This document shows positions 1 to 12,972 of a stretch of 64,000 nt of DNA, piece after piece. This DNA is from Octopus sinensis (taxonomy: Eukaryota). The position numbers were made by a program, and so were the translations under genes. Position 1 is the first letter of the stretch, and every line of letters starts with the position of its first letter. The stretch spans positions 117,862,001 through 117,926,000 of the forward strand of contig NC_042997.1 of NCBI RefSeq assembly GCF_006345805.1, written 5' to 3'. A model generated the notes under the pieces. It saw nothing but the letters and a program-made list of their open reading frames with translations, ran no database searches and was not told the DNA's origin.

Positions 1-77
1 TTGAGCAAGTGTCTTCTATTATAGCCTTGGGCTGATCAAAGGTCTTGTGAACAGATTTGGTAGACAGAAACTGGATC

Positions 78-410
78 GTAGGGCAACCTGCTGTGCTTGA
101 GGAGACCTATTGAGTCAAGTACATCAACATCAAAATAAAAATCAAATGGATATTGTAGTTGGGATATCTGTGCTGGTGACACGTTGGGCTTCACAGAGGA
201 AATGACGAAAGACCGAGACCTCTGAGATATGCTGTGACTGCGAAGACCCAACAAATGAAGTGAGTTCAAAGCTTGCAGGATGCCCTGCTGTGCTAACCTT
301 GGATTGTAGAGTGACCCGCTGTGCTTGAGGAGACCTATTGAGTCAAGTACGTCAACATCAACATCAAAATAAAAATCAAATGGAAATTGAAGTTATGATA
401 CCTGTGCCGG
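78..410 (+). repeat. Direct repeat within a SINE-associated element
   Basis: gctgtgcttgaggagacctattgagtcaagtac...aaaataaaaatcaaatgga occurs at about 92-150 and about 318-382. Confidence 0.7.
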
Positions 411-943
411 TGGCACATAAAAAGCGCCCACTACACTCACGGAGTGGTTGGCATTAGAAAGGGCATCCAGCTGTAGAAACACTGCCAGATCAGACTGGAG
501 CCTGGCGCAGCCTCCTGGCTTCCCAGACCCCGGTCAAACCATCCAACCCATGCTAGCATGGAAAACGGACATTAAACAATGATGATGATGATGATGATAT
601 CATCATGATTATCATCATTGTTTGACGTCCATTTTCCATGCTGGCATGGGTTGGACTGGCAAGCCGGGAAGCTGCACGAGGCTCCAATCTGATTTGACAA
701 GGTTTCTACAGCTGGATGCCCTTCCTAATGCCAACCACTCTGAGAGTGAAGTGGGTGCTTTTTACATCCCACTGGCATGGGAGCCAGTTAGATGGCACAA
801 GCATCACCCACACTCAAATAGTGCATTTTACATGCTACCAGCATGGCTACCAGTCAGGTGGCACTGGCATCAGCCATGCTCAAATGGTGCTTTTTACATG
901 CCACTAGCATTGGGTGCCAGTCAGGCAACACCGGCATCGGAAC

Positions 944-988
<45 letters not shown>

Positions 989-2308
989 TGTATATACACG
1001 CACACAGATGTGTGTATGTCTTTGTGTCTGTGTTTGTCCTTCACCACTGCTTGACAACTTGTGCTGGTTTATTTATGTCCCCATAACTTAGTGGTTCAAC
1101 AAAAGACCAATAGAATAAGCACCAATCTTTAGAAAAATGAAAAATAAGTATTGGGGTTGATTCAGTCAACTAAAAGTTCTTCAAGGCGGTGCCCCAGCAT
1201 GGCCACAGACTGAAACAAATAAAAGATGAAAAGTAATATAACCAACTTTAAGAATACCATAAAGATGGTGCCCCAGCATGGTCGTAATCCTTTGACTGAA
1301 ACTGATAAAAAAAGTTAGAGAAAAGAAAGAAGAAAAAAGTTGCAATGCCAGTGAGAAGAATAATTGGTTTGAATTAACACCAAAAGAGAGAGAAGACCTA
1401 AAAATAAGGACATGATTTCTGAGATACTTTGTCATCATCATCATCTAATACCAATATCCCATGCTGACATCTGGGTTGGACCACTGGCATCAGTTCAAAA
1501 TCAGAATCCCATTCTTATTTTTCTATTGCCCACAAGGGGCTAAACATAGAGGGGACAAACAAGGACAGACAAAGGGATTAAGTCGATTACATCGACCCCA
1601 GTGTATAACTGGTACTTATTTAATCGACCCCGAAAGGATGAAAGGCAAAGTCGACCTCGGCGGAATTTGAACTCAGAACGTAAAAACAGACGAATTACCT
1701 ATTTCTTTACTACCCTCAAGGGGCTAAACACAGAGAGGACAAACAAGGACAGACAAATGGATTAAGTCGATTACATCGACCCCAGTGTATAACTGGTACT
1801 TATTTAATCGACCCCGAAAGGATGAAAGGCAAAGTTGACCTCGGCAGAATTTGAACTCACAACGTAAAGACAGATGAAATACCGCTAAGCATTTCACTCA
1901 GCATGCTAACATTTCTGCCAGCTGGCTGCCTTCAGAATCCAATTCTTTTTTTCTTTAATCATAGATGTTGTTAGAATTCATTTGAAACAGAAAACAAAAC
2001 TCACACTAACTGAATAACTCAACCTTTAGCATTTAAACTGGCCAAATACAGCCCAAATATTCTTCTACATGTTTTATGTTCAAACTGGCCACATCTCACC
2101 TCTTCCATACAATTCTAACAATAAACATCCTACAGCCCATCACTGCTCTGTCATCTCTCTCTCTCCTGTCCTCCCTCTGCCAACTGTATCATTGCTACCC
2201 TGTCACTCCTTTATGTATTTGTTTCATCACTCAATGCATTCCCTAATTTTGCATCTACATGAACTCCCTACTCATGCACCCTGAGCAATTCTCTACCATT
2301 CCATTTAA

Positions 2309-2527
2309 CCCTTTAGCTTTCAGATTACTCTGTCAAATGTAAAGCCTGTTTAATTACATTGTTTTAAATTAGTTGTACAGCATCTTGTAACTCTGAGATT
2401 TTGATGATGTCCCTGTTTATTTTTAGAATGGCTTTGTAGGGTAGGTGTGAGAGGTTAGAGCTGGATGGCTTAAGCATAAAACAGGAAGACAATTTTGGCC
2501 TGATATGGCTAGTTTAACACTAAAGGG
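2309..2527 (+). mobile_element. TTAA-flanked MITE family 2 (CCCTTTAGC termini)
   Basis: TTAA|CCCTTTAGC...CTAAAGGG|TTAA. Related copies at about 27475-27680, 37650-37873, 48712-48925 and 53150-53856 (interrupted). Confidence 0.75.
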
Positions 2528-3342
2528 TTAAATTCACAGCCTTTCTCATAGCAAATCGTCATAATCTCTTTCGTCCTCTCTCTACCCCGCCCCCTACATA
2601 GGGTAATCATGTACCTCCTCTACAGCAAGACATGTTTCCATCCCTCCATCATAGTTTAACCTCCTCATATCACCTGGCACAAAGTCACCTCACTCAATAC
2701 CACTCTCCCTTTCAGGTGAGAGATCTTTGTCTTGCAAGTTATGTAGGGACCTCACCAGTGCTGGCACCACACAAAAAACACCCAGTCCACTCTGTAAAAT
2801 GGTTGGCATTAGGAAGGGCATCTAACTGTAAAAAAAAAACATGCTAAAGCATTCAGTAGAGCTTGGTTCAGTCCCTAGACTTATCAGTTCCTGCAGCATG
2901 GAAGACAGACATAAAATGATGATGATGATGATGATATATGTGTGTGTGTGAGTGTGTGTATAAGTTATATGGTACAAGCATAAAAAATAAGCAGGAAGAA
3001 AGGTTAAAAATAACAAATAAACAGTGAATTAGGTTTACACTTCAGAAAAAGTCTTTTATATTTTGAGCATATGCTCTTATACAGAATGAAAAGGTGAAGA
3101 GAGAAAAAATAACTTGCAGTGACAAAAGAACAAACACACACATATATATATGTGCGTCTGTGTGTGTGCATTTGGGTTGGATTGGATTATATATATGTGC
3201 AGGTGTGATTGTGTGGTAAGGAGCCTATTTCCCAACCACATGGTCCTAGGTTCAGTCCCACTGTGTGGCAAGTGTTTTCTATTTTCACCTCAGGCCAATC
3301 ATAGCTTGTAAGTAGATTTTGCAGACAGAAACTGTAAGAAGC

Positions 3343-3382
<40 letters not shown>

Positions 3383-3654
3383 ATACAAATGAATTGACAA
3401 TTTATTTTCAAATGCATGAACACTGGTATAACAGCAGAAATATTGGATAAAATACCCTTATAAAGCAGAAAGACTTGTTAGCAACCAGCCATGAGACTCA
3501 AACTTACATCCCTTTAGTTTCCAGCCAAGTGCTTTGCCAATTAAGCTTAACTGCCCACTGACAAATTAACCCACAATTTTAGAACTTATATAATTTTAGA
3601 ACTCGTATAATGCTACAAAGCTGAAAGCTATAAAGCTGAATGTACAACTATGAA

Positions 3655-4390
3655 TGTAAACAAACTAACATTTGTTTTTTAAAGCGTTGAAATACATACT
3701 GCAAGATACAAATAAGAAGATAATTCATTTTCAAGCACCCGAACACTGGGATAACAGCAGAAATATTGGATGAGATACCCTTATAAAGCGGAAAAATTTG
3801 AAACTCAATTGCACATCTCTTTATTAAGGGAAACTAAAGTCTTATAGCTGGTTGCTCTCTTTACTCTTTTACTTGTTTCAGTCATATGACTGTAGCCATG
3901 CTGGAGCACCACCTTTAGTCGAGCAAATTGACCTAAGGATTTATTTTTGTAAGCCTAGTACTTATTCTATCAGTCTCTTTTGCTGAACCACTAAGTTACG
4001 GGGACGTAAACACACCAGCACCGGTTGTCAAGCGATGGTGGGGGGACAAACACAGATACACAAATACACACACACACACACATATATATGACAGGCTTCT
4101 TTCAGTTTCCGTCTACCAAATCCACTTACAAGGCTTTGGTCAGCATCAGGCTATAGTAGAGGACACTTGCCCAAGGTGCCACGCAGTGGGACTAAACCCA
4201 GAACCATGTGGTTCATTAGCAAGCTACTTACCACACAGCCACTCCTACGCCTGACAAATTCTTCCGCTTTATAAGGGTATCTTATCCGATATTTCTGCTG
4301 TTATCCCAGCGTTTGTGTGTTTGAAACTTATCATTTTATTTGTATCGTGCAGTACACATTTCAACGCTTTAAAAGACAAACGTTTGTTTA
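3655..4390. mobile_element. Foldback/MITE with ~130-bp inverted arms and a nested SINE
   Basis: 3655-3800 and 4255-4390 are reverse complements (aaagcgttgaaat...gggataacagcagaaatat...cccttataaagcgg). A third arm-like copy lies at about 3380-3480. Confidence 0.7.
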
Positions 4391-4838
4391 TATTTATGGT
4401 CATATGCGTGTGTGTGTGCATGTATATGTGTCTTTGTGTCTCTGTTTGACCCACAACACCACTTGACATTATTGTGTTTTACCCCACCCCGCCACAAGAC
4501 TTAGTGGTCTGGCAAAAGAGACTGATAGAATAAGTACTAGGTTTTAAAAAAAAGCAAAAAATAAGTACAGGGGTCAATTCATTCAACTAGAAATTTTTCA
4601 AGGCAGTGCTCCAGTTTGGCCAGTCTAATGACTGTAACAAGTAAAAGACAGAAGATATATACACACACACACATATATATATATAATATATATCTGCAGG
4701 GTGGGGCAAAAGTCATGCAGAAAATAAGTTCACTGTACTCTGGAATTGTCAAAGAAATGCTGCAATTTTTCTAAAATTGAATAAATTAAATAAAGAGGAA
4801 TACACACACAATTGTACGCAACAAACAAAATAAATAAG

Positions 4839-4869
<31 letters not shown>

Positions 4870-4879
4870 TAATAATAAT

Positions 4880-5159
4880 AAAGGTACTGAAACCTATTTG
4901 AAAATGATTCCAGGCTTACCATCCCTACAGGAAGTGCAAAAAATCGTGTTGACTGGAACGACTCATGTACTGAGAAGAGTATTATCGCTGTGAAAACAAC
5001 ATCCATTCATGAATTTATTTATTCATTCATTTTTTAAATACATATTTTACCTGTGAATTTGTGTGTGTAATCTGGGAATGCATACAATGGGTTTCTCTGC
5101 CCTAGGTGTACGGAAAACATTCGGCGAGAAACGGAAGAAAATTTGAAGAAAGAAGGAAA

Positions 5160-5160
<1 letters not shown>
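4880..5160 (+). mobile_element. 5'-truncated R4/Dong-type copy (last 37 codons plus 3'UTR)
   Basis: 4880-4993 translates KGTETYLKMIPGLPSLQEVQKIVLTGTTHVLRRVLSL*, versus KGTENYMRMIPGLPSLQEVQKIVLTGTSHVLRRALSM* in the large element. The 3'UTR is homologous (gccctagg...tcggc(g)agaaa(c)ggaag). (TAA)n on both flanks. Confidence 0.9.
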
Positions 5161-5199
<39 letters not shown>

Positions 5200-5200
<1 letters not shown>

Positions 5201-5755
5201 GATGCCCTGATGCAGTACCAGGCAGTGGCTCTCATGGTTTCTGATCTTAACTGATTGGAAGTGTTTTCATGTACATTGTTTTGTTTTGGTATAAAAGATG
5301 GGCTACAGCAAATATTCTGCTCAATACCACAGATTTGCTTGTCAGTTGTTTGACCGTAACCAGTTGAGCATGTCCCTTAGTGGCTGATGATATGTGCATC
5401 GCTGATCACGAGCAGAAGTAGTAGGGGAGCATCATAGCCATGTGTTGAGAGGAACTCTTTGGGGTTTGGATAATTCACCCCTGGAAACATGGGTGTTTTG
5501 TTCAGCATCCTTAAACAACCCTTATTCAAGGACCTTTTGAATGGGACGGGATACTCAATCTGAAGAAAATTCTAACTGGGCCTCACCTGCAAGGTCATGT
5601 GCTGTTTATCCTGATATAGTATCATTATGTCATGCACATATGGTTGTGATGCATGCGCCTTGTGTACCCTTATCAGACAGCTAGTCATGATGAGTATACT
5701 TGGCTTCGTATATTTTACCCCAGTGTCACTTTGATGGCATGCACTGCTCTCTCAA
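5200..5755 (+). mobile_element. Unclassified ~550-bp non-coding interspersed repeat between AAT-type microsatellites
   Basis: Starts right after (AAT)n and ends in (AAC)n/(AAT)n. A diverged partial copy lies on the minus strand at about 46330-46640, also ending in (AAT)n. Confidence 0.6.
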
Positions 5756-5998
5756 GAACAACAACAACAACAATAAAAATAATAATAATCTTTTCTACTA
5801 TAGGCACAAGGCCTGAAATTTTGGGGCAAGGGTAAGTTGATTACATTACTTAATTTATTGACTCTGAAAGGACAAAAGTCAAAGTCAACCTCAGCAGAAT
5901 TTGAACTCAGAATGTTAAGATGGACAAGATGCTAGTAAGCATTTTACCTGGTGTGCTAATGATTCTACCAACTTGCATTATTATTATTATTATTACTA

Positions 5999-8900
5999 TT
6001 TTTTTTTTCTTCTTTCAAATTTGCTTCCATTTCTTGCCGAGTGTCTTCCCGACTCCTAGGGCAAAGAAACTCATAGTATACATTGGTAGGCCATTAAACC
6101 AAACTCAATAGTTCGTTCATTTTTAAAAAAAATTTTTTTTTTAAGTTAAATTAAAATACATGAGCAGCAACAGTTCTCACATCGACAATGCTCTTCTCAA
6201 TACGTGTGATGTACCAGTTAAGACAATCTTTTGCACTTCTTGCAGGGATGGTAAGCCAGGGATCATTCTCATATAATTTTCGGTTCCCTTCTTGATCATT
6301 CCTAGCGCTCCTACGATCACTGGTATTGTAACCGCCTTGAGATGCCACATTTTCTCAATTTCAATGAGTAGGTCTTTATATTTTCTGAGCTTGTCAAACT
6401 CTTTCGCTGAGATATTATGATCACAGGGGATGCTCATGTCGATCAATAAGCAAACTTTATTGTTTTGGTCTTTCACAACAATATCTGGTTTATTGGCCTT
6501 GATGGTTCGGTCTGTATGTACTGGAAAGTCCCACAGAATGGTTACATTTTCTCCTTCAGTTACAGCCTCAGGGTGGTGATTATACCACTTGTCGGCAGTT
6601 TTGATATTGTAATGCCGACTTATTAGCCAGTGGAGATATTGGCCAACTCTGTCATGTCTTAATTTATACTCCACTGGTGCTAAGACTTTACATCCAGAGA
6701 TTAGGTGGTCCACTGTTTCAATCATGTCATTGCAGAATCGGCATTTTGGGTCTGCTCCATTTTTCATCACATTGGCCTGGTAGTTCCGGGTTAATAGGCT
6801 TTGATCTTGAGCAGCGAGGATGAAACCTTCGCTCTCTGCTTTTAGCCCTGAGCTCCGTAGCCACTGATGGGTTTGCTTCTGGTCAACATCAGCTTGTTTG
6901 CTGCGGGTCACATATTTGCCATGCAGAGGTTTCTCCTCCCACCTATCAGCCAATTGCTCGTGCACTTTTTTCATTGCCATCATTTTCACCTTCTTTGCAA
7001 CAATAGTTGCCGTACTTCCCTCGGGTTGTTCAGTTTGGGTATCCTGCACGAGATCAATAGCAAATTTTTTGCTTTCCTTTATGATAGAATGAAGCTTCTT
7101 TCGTCTCTCGTGATTTTCCACGAGCTTTAGCATCCAGTCATTCGATATTTTGAGATATTTGGCCAGTCCAATTGTGGTTGTTTTGTAAGTTAGTTCAAAT
7201 TGGATCAGGCCTCGACCTCCTTGGGCTCTGGGAAGGTAAAGGCGATCTACGTCTGCCTTTGGGTGGTGCATCCTATTACAACTCAGCAGCTTGCGTATTT
7301 TCCTATCTATATTCTTTACTTCACTCATATTCCAGTTCAACACATTGTAGCTATAAGTAACAACTGGAACTGCTAAGGAATTTATAGCTAACACCTTGTT
7401 ACGTGCATTTAGTTCAGATTTCAGGACTGCACAAACTCTCCTATAACATTCCTTCCTGATCTTCTCTTTCATGCTTGCATGCTGAATACCAGAGCCTTCA
7501 TTTATCCCTAAATATTTGTATGTTTGTTCTTGCTCAAGCTCTCTTATGACTGTGTCAACATCTAACACGACTGAATTTGTGGTCTTCACTTTCCCTTTCT
7601 GGAAAGTGGCCTTGGCACACTTCTCAAGTCCAAACTCCATCCCGAGGTCATCGCTGAATGCTTTCACAGTGCACAATAGGCCTTCAAGTTCATTATTGTC
7701 TTTACCATAAAGTTTTAAGTCATCCATATAAAATAGATGGCTTATTTTTTTATTGGCAATTTTATACCCATACCCTGTTCTGTTTAATTCACTTGTAAGG
7801 GGTATTAGGGCTATGCAGAATATTAAAGGTGAAAGTGAGTCACCTTGAAAAATTCCACAGTTGATGTTTATATTTTCTGAGGCAAGTACTCCATTAGAGT
7901 GGTATAATTGGAGATTCGTATTCCACAACGACATATTGTGCTTCATGAAGTTTGAAATCACAGGGGAAATTTTGAAGATGTCCAGCGATCTCAAGATCCA
8001 CGGATGCGGTATACTGTCGAAGGCCTTTTTATAGTCAATCCATGCGGTGCTGAGATTTCTGCGCTTGTTGTGACAGTTCTCAAGGATCATACGATTGATT
8101 AGCAGTTGATCTTTGCATCCGTAAGAGCCTCGGCGGCACCCTTTTTGTTCAATGGGGAAAATATCGTTCTTCTCCATGAATGCATATGTTTTCTCTGCCA
8201 GGATAGATGTTAGGATTTTATACGTGGTGGATAGACAGGTTATAGGTCGATAGTTTTTTGGAAGGTTGGTTTCGTTATTCTTTGGGAGTAGGTAAGTAAT
8301 GCCACTTGCTAACCATTCAGGTGTTTTCTTTGGGTCTCTCATAATTCCATTGAGCAGCTGAACTAGCTTACCGTGTGCGCATGGGAGCGATGCGAGCCAG
8401 AAATTCGGCACCCTATCTTTACCGGGGGATTTCCAATTATGGGCCTTCGTGAGTGCCTTTCTTAGGTCTGCTATTGTGATGTCTTCCCATGCTTGTTGTT
8501 GTAAATTTTGGTAGGATCCTTCAGTTTGTATAATCCAGTCTGCATTTATGTTGTACGTCTTCTTGTCACTCCAAATCCTCTTCCAAAAGTTTTGAACTTC
8601 TTCCATGGGAGGGGGGTCTTTAACGGTTACTTTCTCCTTCCCTATTTCTCTGTAGAATTTTTTGGCATTGGATGTGAACAGCTTATTTTGCTTGTAAAAC
8701 TTGTTTCTCTTCTCAAATCTTCGTATTCTTTGGGCTTTTGCTTGGACTTTTTGTTTCAGCGTTTCTTTTATTGATATCAGTTCTTCTCTTGGTGAGGGTC
8801 CAAATTTTATCTTCATCTTTCTTCCTATTCTGGATCTTACATCATTTCCACATATTAGTTCATTTAATATTGATATTTTCCCTCTCATAAATTCAATCTC

Positions 8901-9801
8901 TTTTTCAATTTTACTTCTCCAGGTTTGATTTCTTCCCAGATTTTGTTTTCTTTGTTTTTCGGGGGCATACAGCTGGTTTCAATTGCTCTAGCAGAAGCGT
9001 AAATAATTTCATTTAACTCAGTAAAATCAGGTTTTAATTCTCGTATTATTTCATTTGTTACATAGTTGCCAATTTGGATTTGTTTTTTATTTTGGTTTGT
9101 ATTTGAGAGTTTATGAAGTGGTTCTCTATCATTCATACTTGTATGTCTTACAACTTCAAGCGTATTCAGGATTTTCTGCCTCATTTCTGCCATAGGCTCT
9201 CTGTGTTCTTCAGCAAATGCGAGATCTTCAGTTACTGTTGTTTTTTCGTTTTCCTGGCTATCTTTAACAGGTACAATAGAATTTCTTGTATCTTCAGGCC
9301 TTTGTGTACTTTGGTCAGATGGCAGTCTTTCAATTAAGCCTCGTGGCGGGCTATACTGTTCATCTGATTCTTCATTTCCTTTGTGTCTTATATTTATGTC
9401 ATTTTCCGTTGCGTGCTTGATCGCGCTTATTTCACTGTCTGTGAGTCTGTTATTTCTAAGGATATCCCTCCTCACATTTGCTAATTTGTTCTCGTCCAAA
9501 TAGGGCCTACTGTCTTGATTCCGTGTTCTCCATATACTGTAAGAGTTTGCGGTGTGTCTCTCTTGAGATGGCTTACCTAATACATAGTAATAAGCGTATA
9601 TTACTTCTTTATACTCTTCTCGGGTCCATTTGTTCCGCTTACATTTTTCTTTCTGTGGTGGTTGTGGTGGTGAACTTGGAGGGCTCGAGTTGGGGAATTA
9701 CCGTTCAAGTGACCATCCATGTCCGTATTCGGAGAAGAGTTTGTGCCAGTTGATGACTTTTCGATCCCGGGCTGGTTCTTCCCTGGGGGACGCGCTTCCA
9801 G
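5999..9801 (-). mobile_element. Near-full-length RLE-type non-LTR retrotransposon, R4/Dong clade
   Basis: RT domain (YRPITCL, GIFQGDSLSPL, HLFYMDDLKLY), C-terminal CCHC (CRFC...DHLISGC), RHD motif and PD-(D/E)xK nuclease (KPDIVV...IDMSIP). N-terminal KWTREEYKEVIYAYY region. Poly-A 3' end running into (AAT)n; 5' end preceded by AATAAT and (AAC)n. Confidence 0.9.
6177..9720 (-). pseudogene. R4/Dong RT-RLE polyprotein ORF broken by two -1 frameshifts
   Basis: ATG at 9720 (MDGHLNGN) shifts near 9680 into ...KRNKWTREEY...DENKLANVRR..., then shifts near 8950 into ...TWRSKIEKEIEFMRGKISIL...RRALSM*. No in-frame stops otherwise. Confidence 0.8.
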
Positions 9802-10404
9802 ATTATTGTTGTTGTTGTTGTTGTTGATGATGATGATGATGTGATGATGATGATGGTGATGATGATGATGATGATGATGATGTAATAAATAAGATGTCAA
9901 ATGTCTAAGTGATTGACTTTTGGCCCATCCTGTACACGCACACATACAAACACACACATATATATATACACATACACACATACAGCAGGCTATTTTTATA
10001 TGTATTGAGTAAAATGTTCAAATAAATAAATAAATTGAACAAGTACTTAATGTGGTCAGCTCTTTAATAAATAAACGATTATATTATATTATATTATATA
10101 TATATATTTAAAAATACCCACAAACATATACAAATAAATGAAAACAAATATACATTATAACACACATTTTAATAAGCAATTAACAAGTTTCTTTAATGAA
10201 ATGTCAAACAAAAATTAATTAAAAAAAAGCCAAGAGATAAAGGAAAATTAAATACAGAACAGCGATAATTTAAATTCAAATGGAATATACATCTACGTAT
10301 ATAAAAAGTGCATACTCACACACAAGTATATATCTATACATGCATATGTACATATATAAATGTGTATTTCCATACAGAAATACATATCTGTTTTTTTTCT
10401 GTGA

Positions 10405-12940
10405 CGTGCGTATGACCATGTCAACACTTGGCGTTGTTTATCGTCCCCCAAGTTACCATCGGGACACACAGCTTTGCAATGTCCTCCGAGCTGCTGCCAG
10501 GAAAACAGCCACTTATGTATTTATTGCAGGCGATTTCAATCATCCTGAGATCGATTGGGAGACCTTCCATTGGCCACAGAGTGCAAACGATTTTGTTGAG
10601 CTTGTGCTGGACTCAAACTGGTCACAAGTAGTCACCTCTCCAACAAGAGGCGACAACACCTTGGACCTGCTCTTCACCACAACTCCTGAAGCGGTTATCA
10701 ATTGCACTACGGAGGAACCTCTAGGTGACTCTGATCATGCTATGATCATCGCCAATCTGGCTCTTGCGGGCAACGAAAACCTGAACCATCTACAATCTGC
10801 TTCCTGCGATTGGAAGAGAGCAGATTGGAACCTGTACCACACTGAACTACAGCACCCAAACTGGCGTGAATTCTACAACTCTGGAGATGTGAATACTATA
10901 CTCCAGAGTATCCTGGACTCAATATGGGCAGCATGTGCAGCATCTGTGCCACGTAAACAAAAAAAGAAGAACCGCCCCAAAAGGGCAATTTGGGAAACTT
11001 CAGTGGTCCGACTTGCCAGGAGGGAACGTCGGACTGCTGAACGGGAATACAGGTTGCATAAATCAGACACCAACAGGAAGAAGCGGAATAAATCCTCCAA
11101 CCATCTCAAGCAAGTGACAAGAAAAGCAGTGCTTGAATTTGAACAGTGCATAGCAGCCAATCCTGACAGCAAGGTTTTCTGGAAATATGTGCACTCAAAG
11201 CAGAGACCTCACTCTCCAGTGGGCCCTCTTCGCAACCCTCACACAAACCAGATCACTGACGACCCCAAGGAATGCGCAGAACTCATTGCCGAGTACTATG
11301 CAAACATATTCACTGTTGAAAGTCAAAATGTACCATCTTCACCATCACTAACAGCAAACTCCATAACAACTATGGAATTTACACCTGCAATGCTGCGACG
11401 TCACCTTCAAAATAAGCACAACTATGCCTCCCCTGGTCTCGATGGAGTTACATACCTGCTTCTCAAACGTGGCAGGCACTTCCTTTTACACCAGCTTTCT
11501 ATTTTCTTCCAGTACTGTCTCAACAATGGTGCTACTCCGGAGCAGTGGAAAACTGCCAGTGTCATTCCTCTGTTCAAAAAGGGCGACCGCACATCACCTG
11601 TCAACTATCGCCCAGTCAGTCTCACTAGCTGTATTGCAAAACTGATGGAATCGTGTGTCAGAGAAACACTCTGGAACTTCTGGAGCTCTCACAGTCTCAT
11701 CCGACCCTCACAATATGGATTTGTCCCTAACTCCAGCTGCAGTGACCAGCTTGTCGAGTTCCTTGAGGACATTACTCAGATTACTGACAGTGGCTCATGG
11801 GTGGATGTTGTCTACCTTGACTTTGCTAAGGCTTTCAACTCTGTGCCACACAAAAGGCTTATGGTGAAACTCTCTGCAATGGGTGTGGGGGATGACCTTT
11901 TTAACTGGTTGAAATCCTTCATCCTCAGCCGAAAGGAGGTAGTCACAGTTCTAGGACAGCACTCTACACATATGAGATGTCATCGGGTGTACCACAGGGA
12001 TCTGTCCTTGGTCCCCTCTTGTTTGTGGCATACATTAACGACATAGATGCCAATTTAAAGAATGCCACAGTATTGAAATATGCAGACGACATCAAGCTGT
12101 ACCTTGAAATCAAGAGGACAGATCCTGATGTCTACAACTCTTTCCTGCAATCAGACCTAGACACAATGCAGCAATGGATCACAGACTGGCAACTGAAACT
12201 GGCTGTGGACAAGTGTACCACCATGCATTTTGGGAGAAAAAACCCTGCGTTCACTTACTCCCTCCACAACACTGATATCAAGAAATCCTCTTGCGAGTGT
12301 GACCTAGGCATCACTGTCAGCAGTGATTTGCGTTGGTCAAAGCATATCTCTAAGATTGTCAGGAAGGCCGAGGGTGTCTTGGCATCACTCAGCAGGTCTT
12401 TTGTTAGCCGCTCTCCAGCCATCTATTTAAAACTGTATACAGCTATGGTACGACCACACTTGGAATTCGCATCATCAGTTTGGAACCCCTATCTTGCACA
12501 GAACATTGACCTCCTGGAATCTGTCCAGAGACGTGCAACCAAACGCATACCCTCCATCAGACACCTACCATATTCTGAGCGCCTTGTTTCCCTGGGCATG
12601 GATTCACTGAAGCTCCGGCGTTTGGCGACGGACTTGGTAAACACCCACAACGTTATCAACCACCTCACCAACAACAACACTGAACACCTTTTTGATCTCC
12701 ATGTGTCTAACACACGTGGACATGCCTACAAAGTCAGAAAACAATACAGCTCCCATGACTTTCGGAAACATTTTTTCACGCTCAGAGTTGCTGAAGCATG
12801 GAATAAACTGCCTGCGTCAGTTGTTGACTGCCATGACACTGCATCTTTTAAGGCCCTCATGCTTTCCGAAATCCGCCGAAACTACACCTGATTATATATA
12901 CACTTTAGATGAGTTGTAGTGCACCTGAGCACTGTACACA

Positions 12941-12972
<32 letters not shown>

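Noticed and set aside
9690-9801. HDV-like ribozyme at the 5' end of the R4/Dong element
   Set aside because: Such ribozymes are known in R2, R4 and RTE 5'UTRs, but I could not assemble the P1-P4 nested pseudoknot by eye. A descriptor search would be needed.
9601-9981. Poly-His/Asn 126-aa ORF
   Set aside because: Mostly (CAT)n/(AAC)n microsatellite. Only the part from ATG 9720 plausibly belongs to the R4/Dong element.
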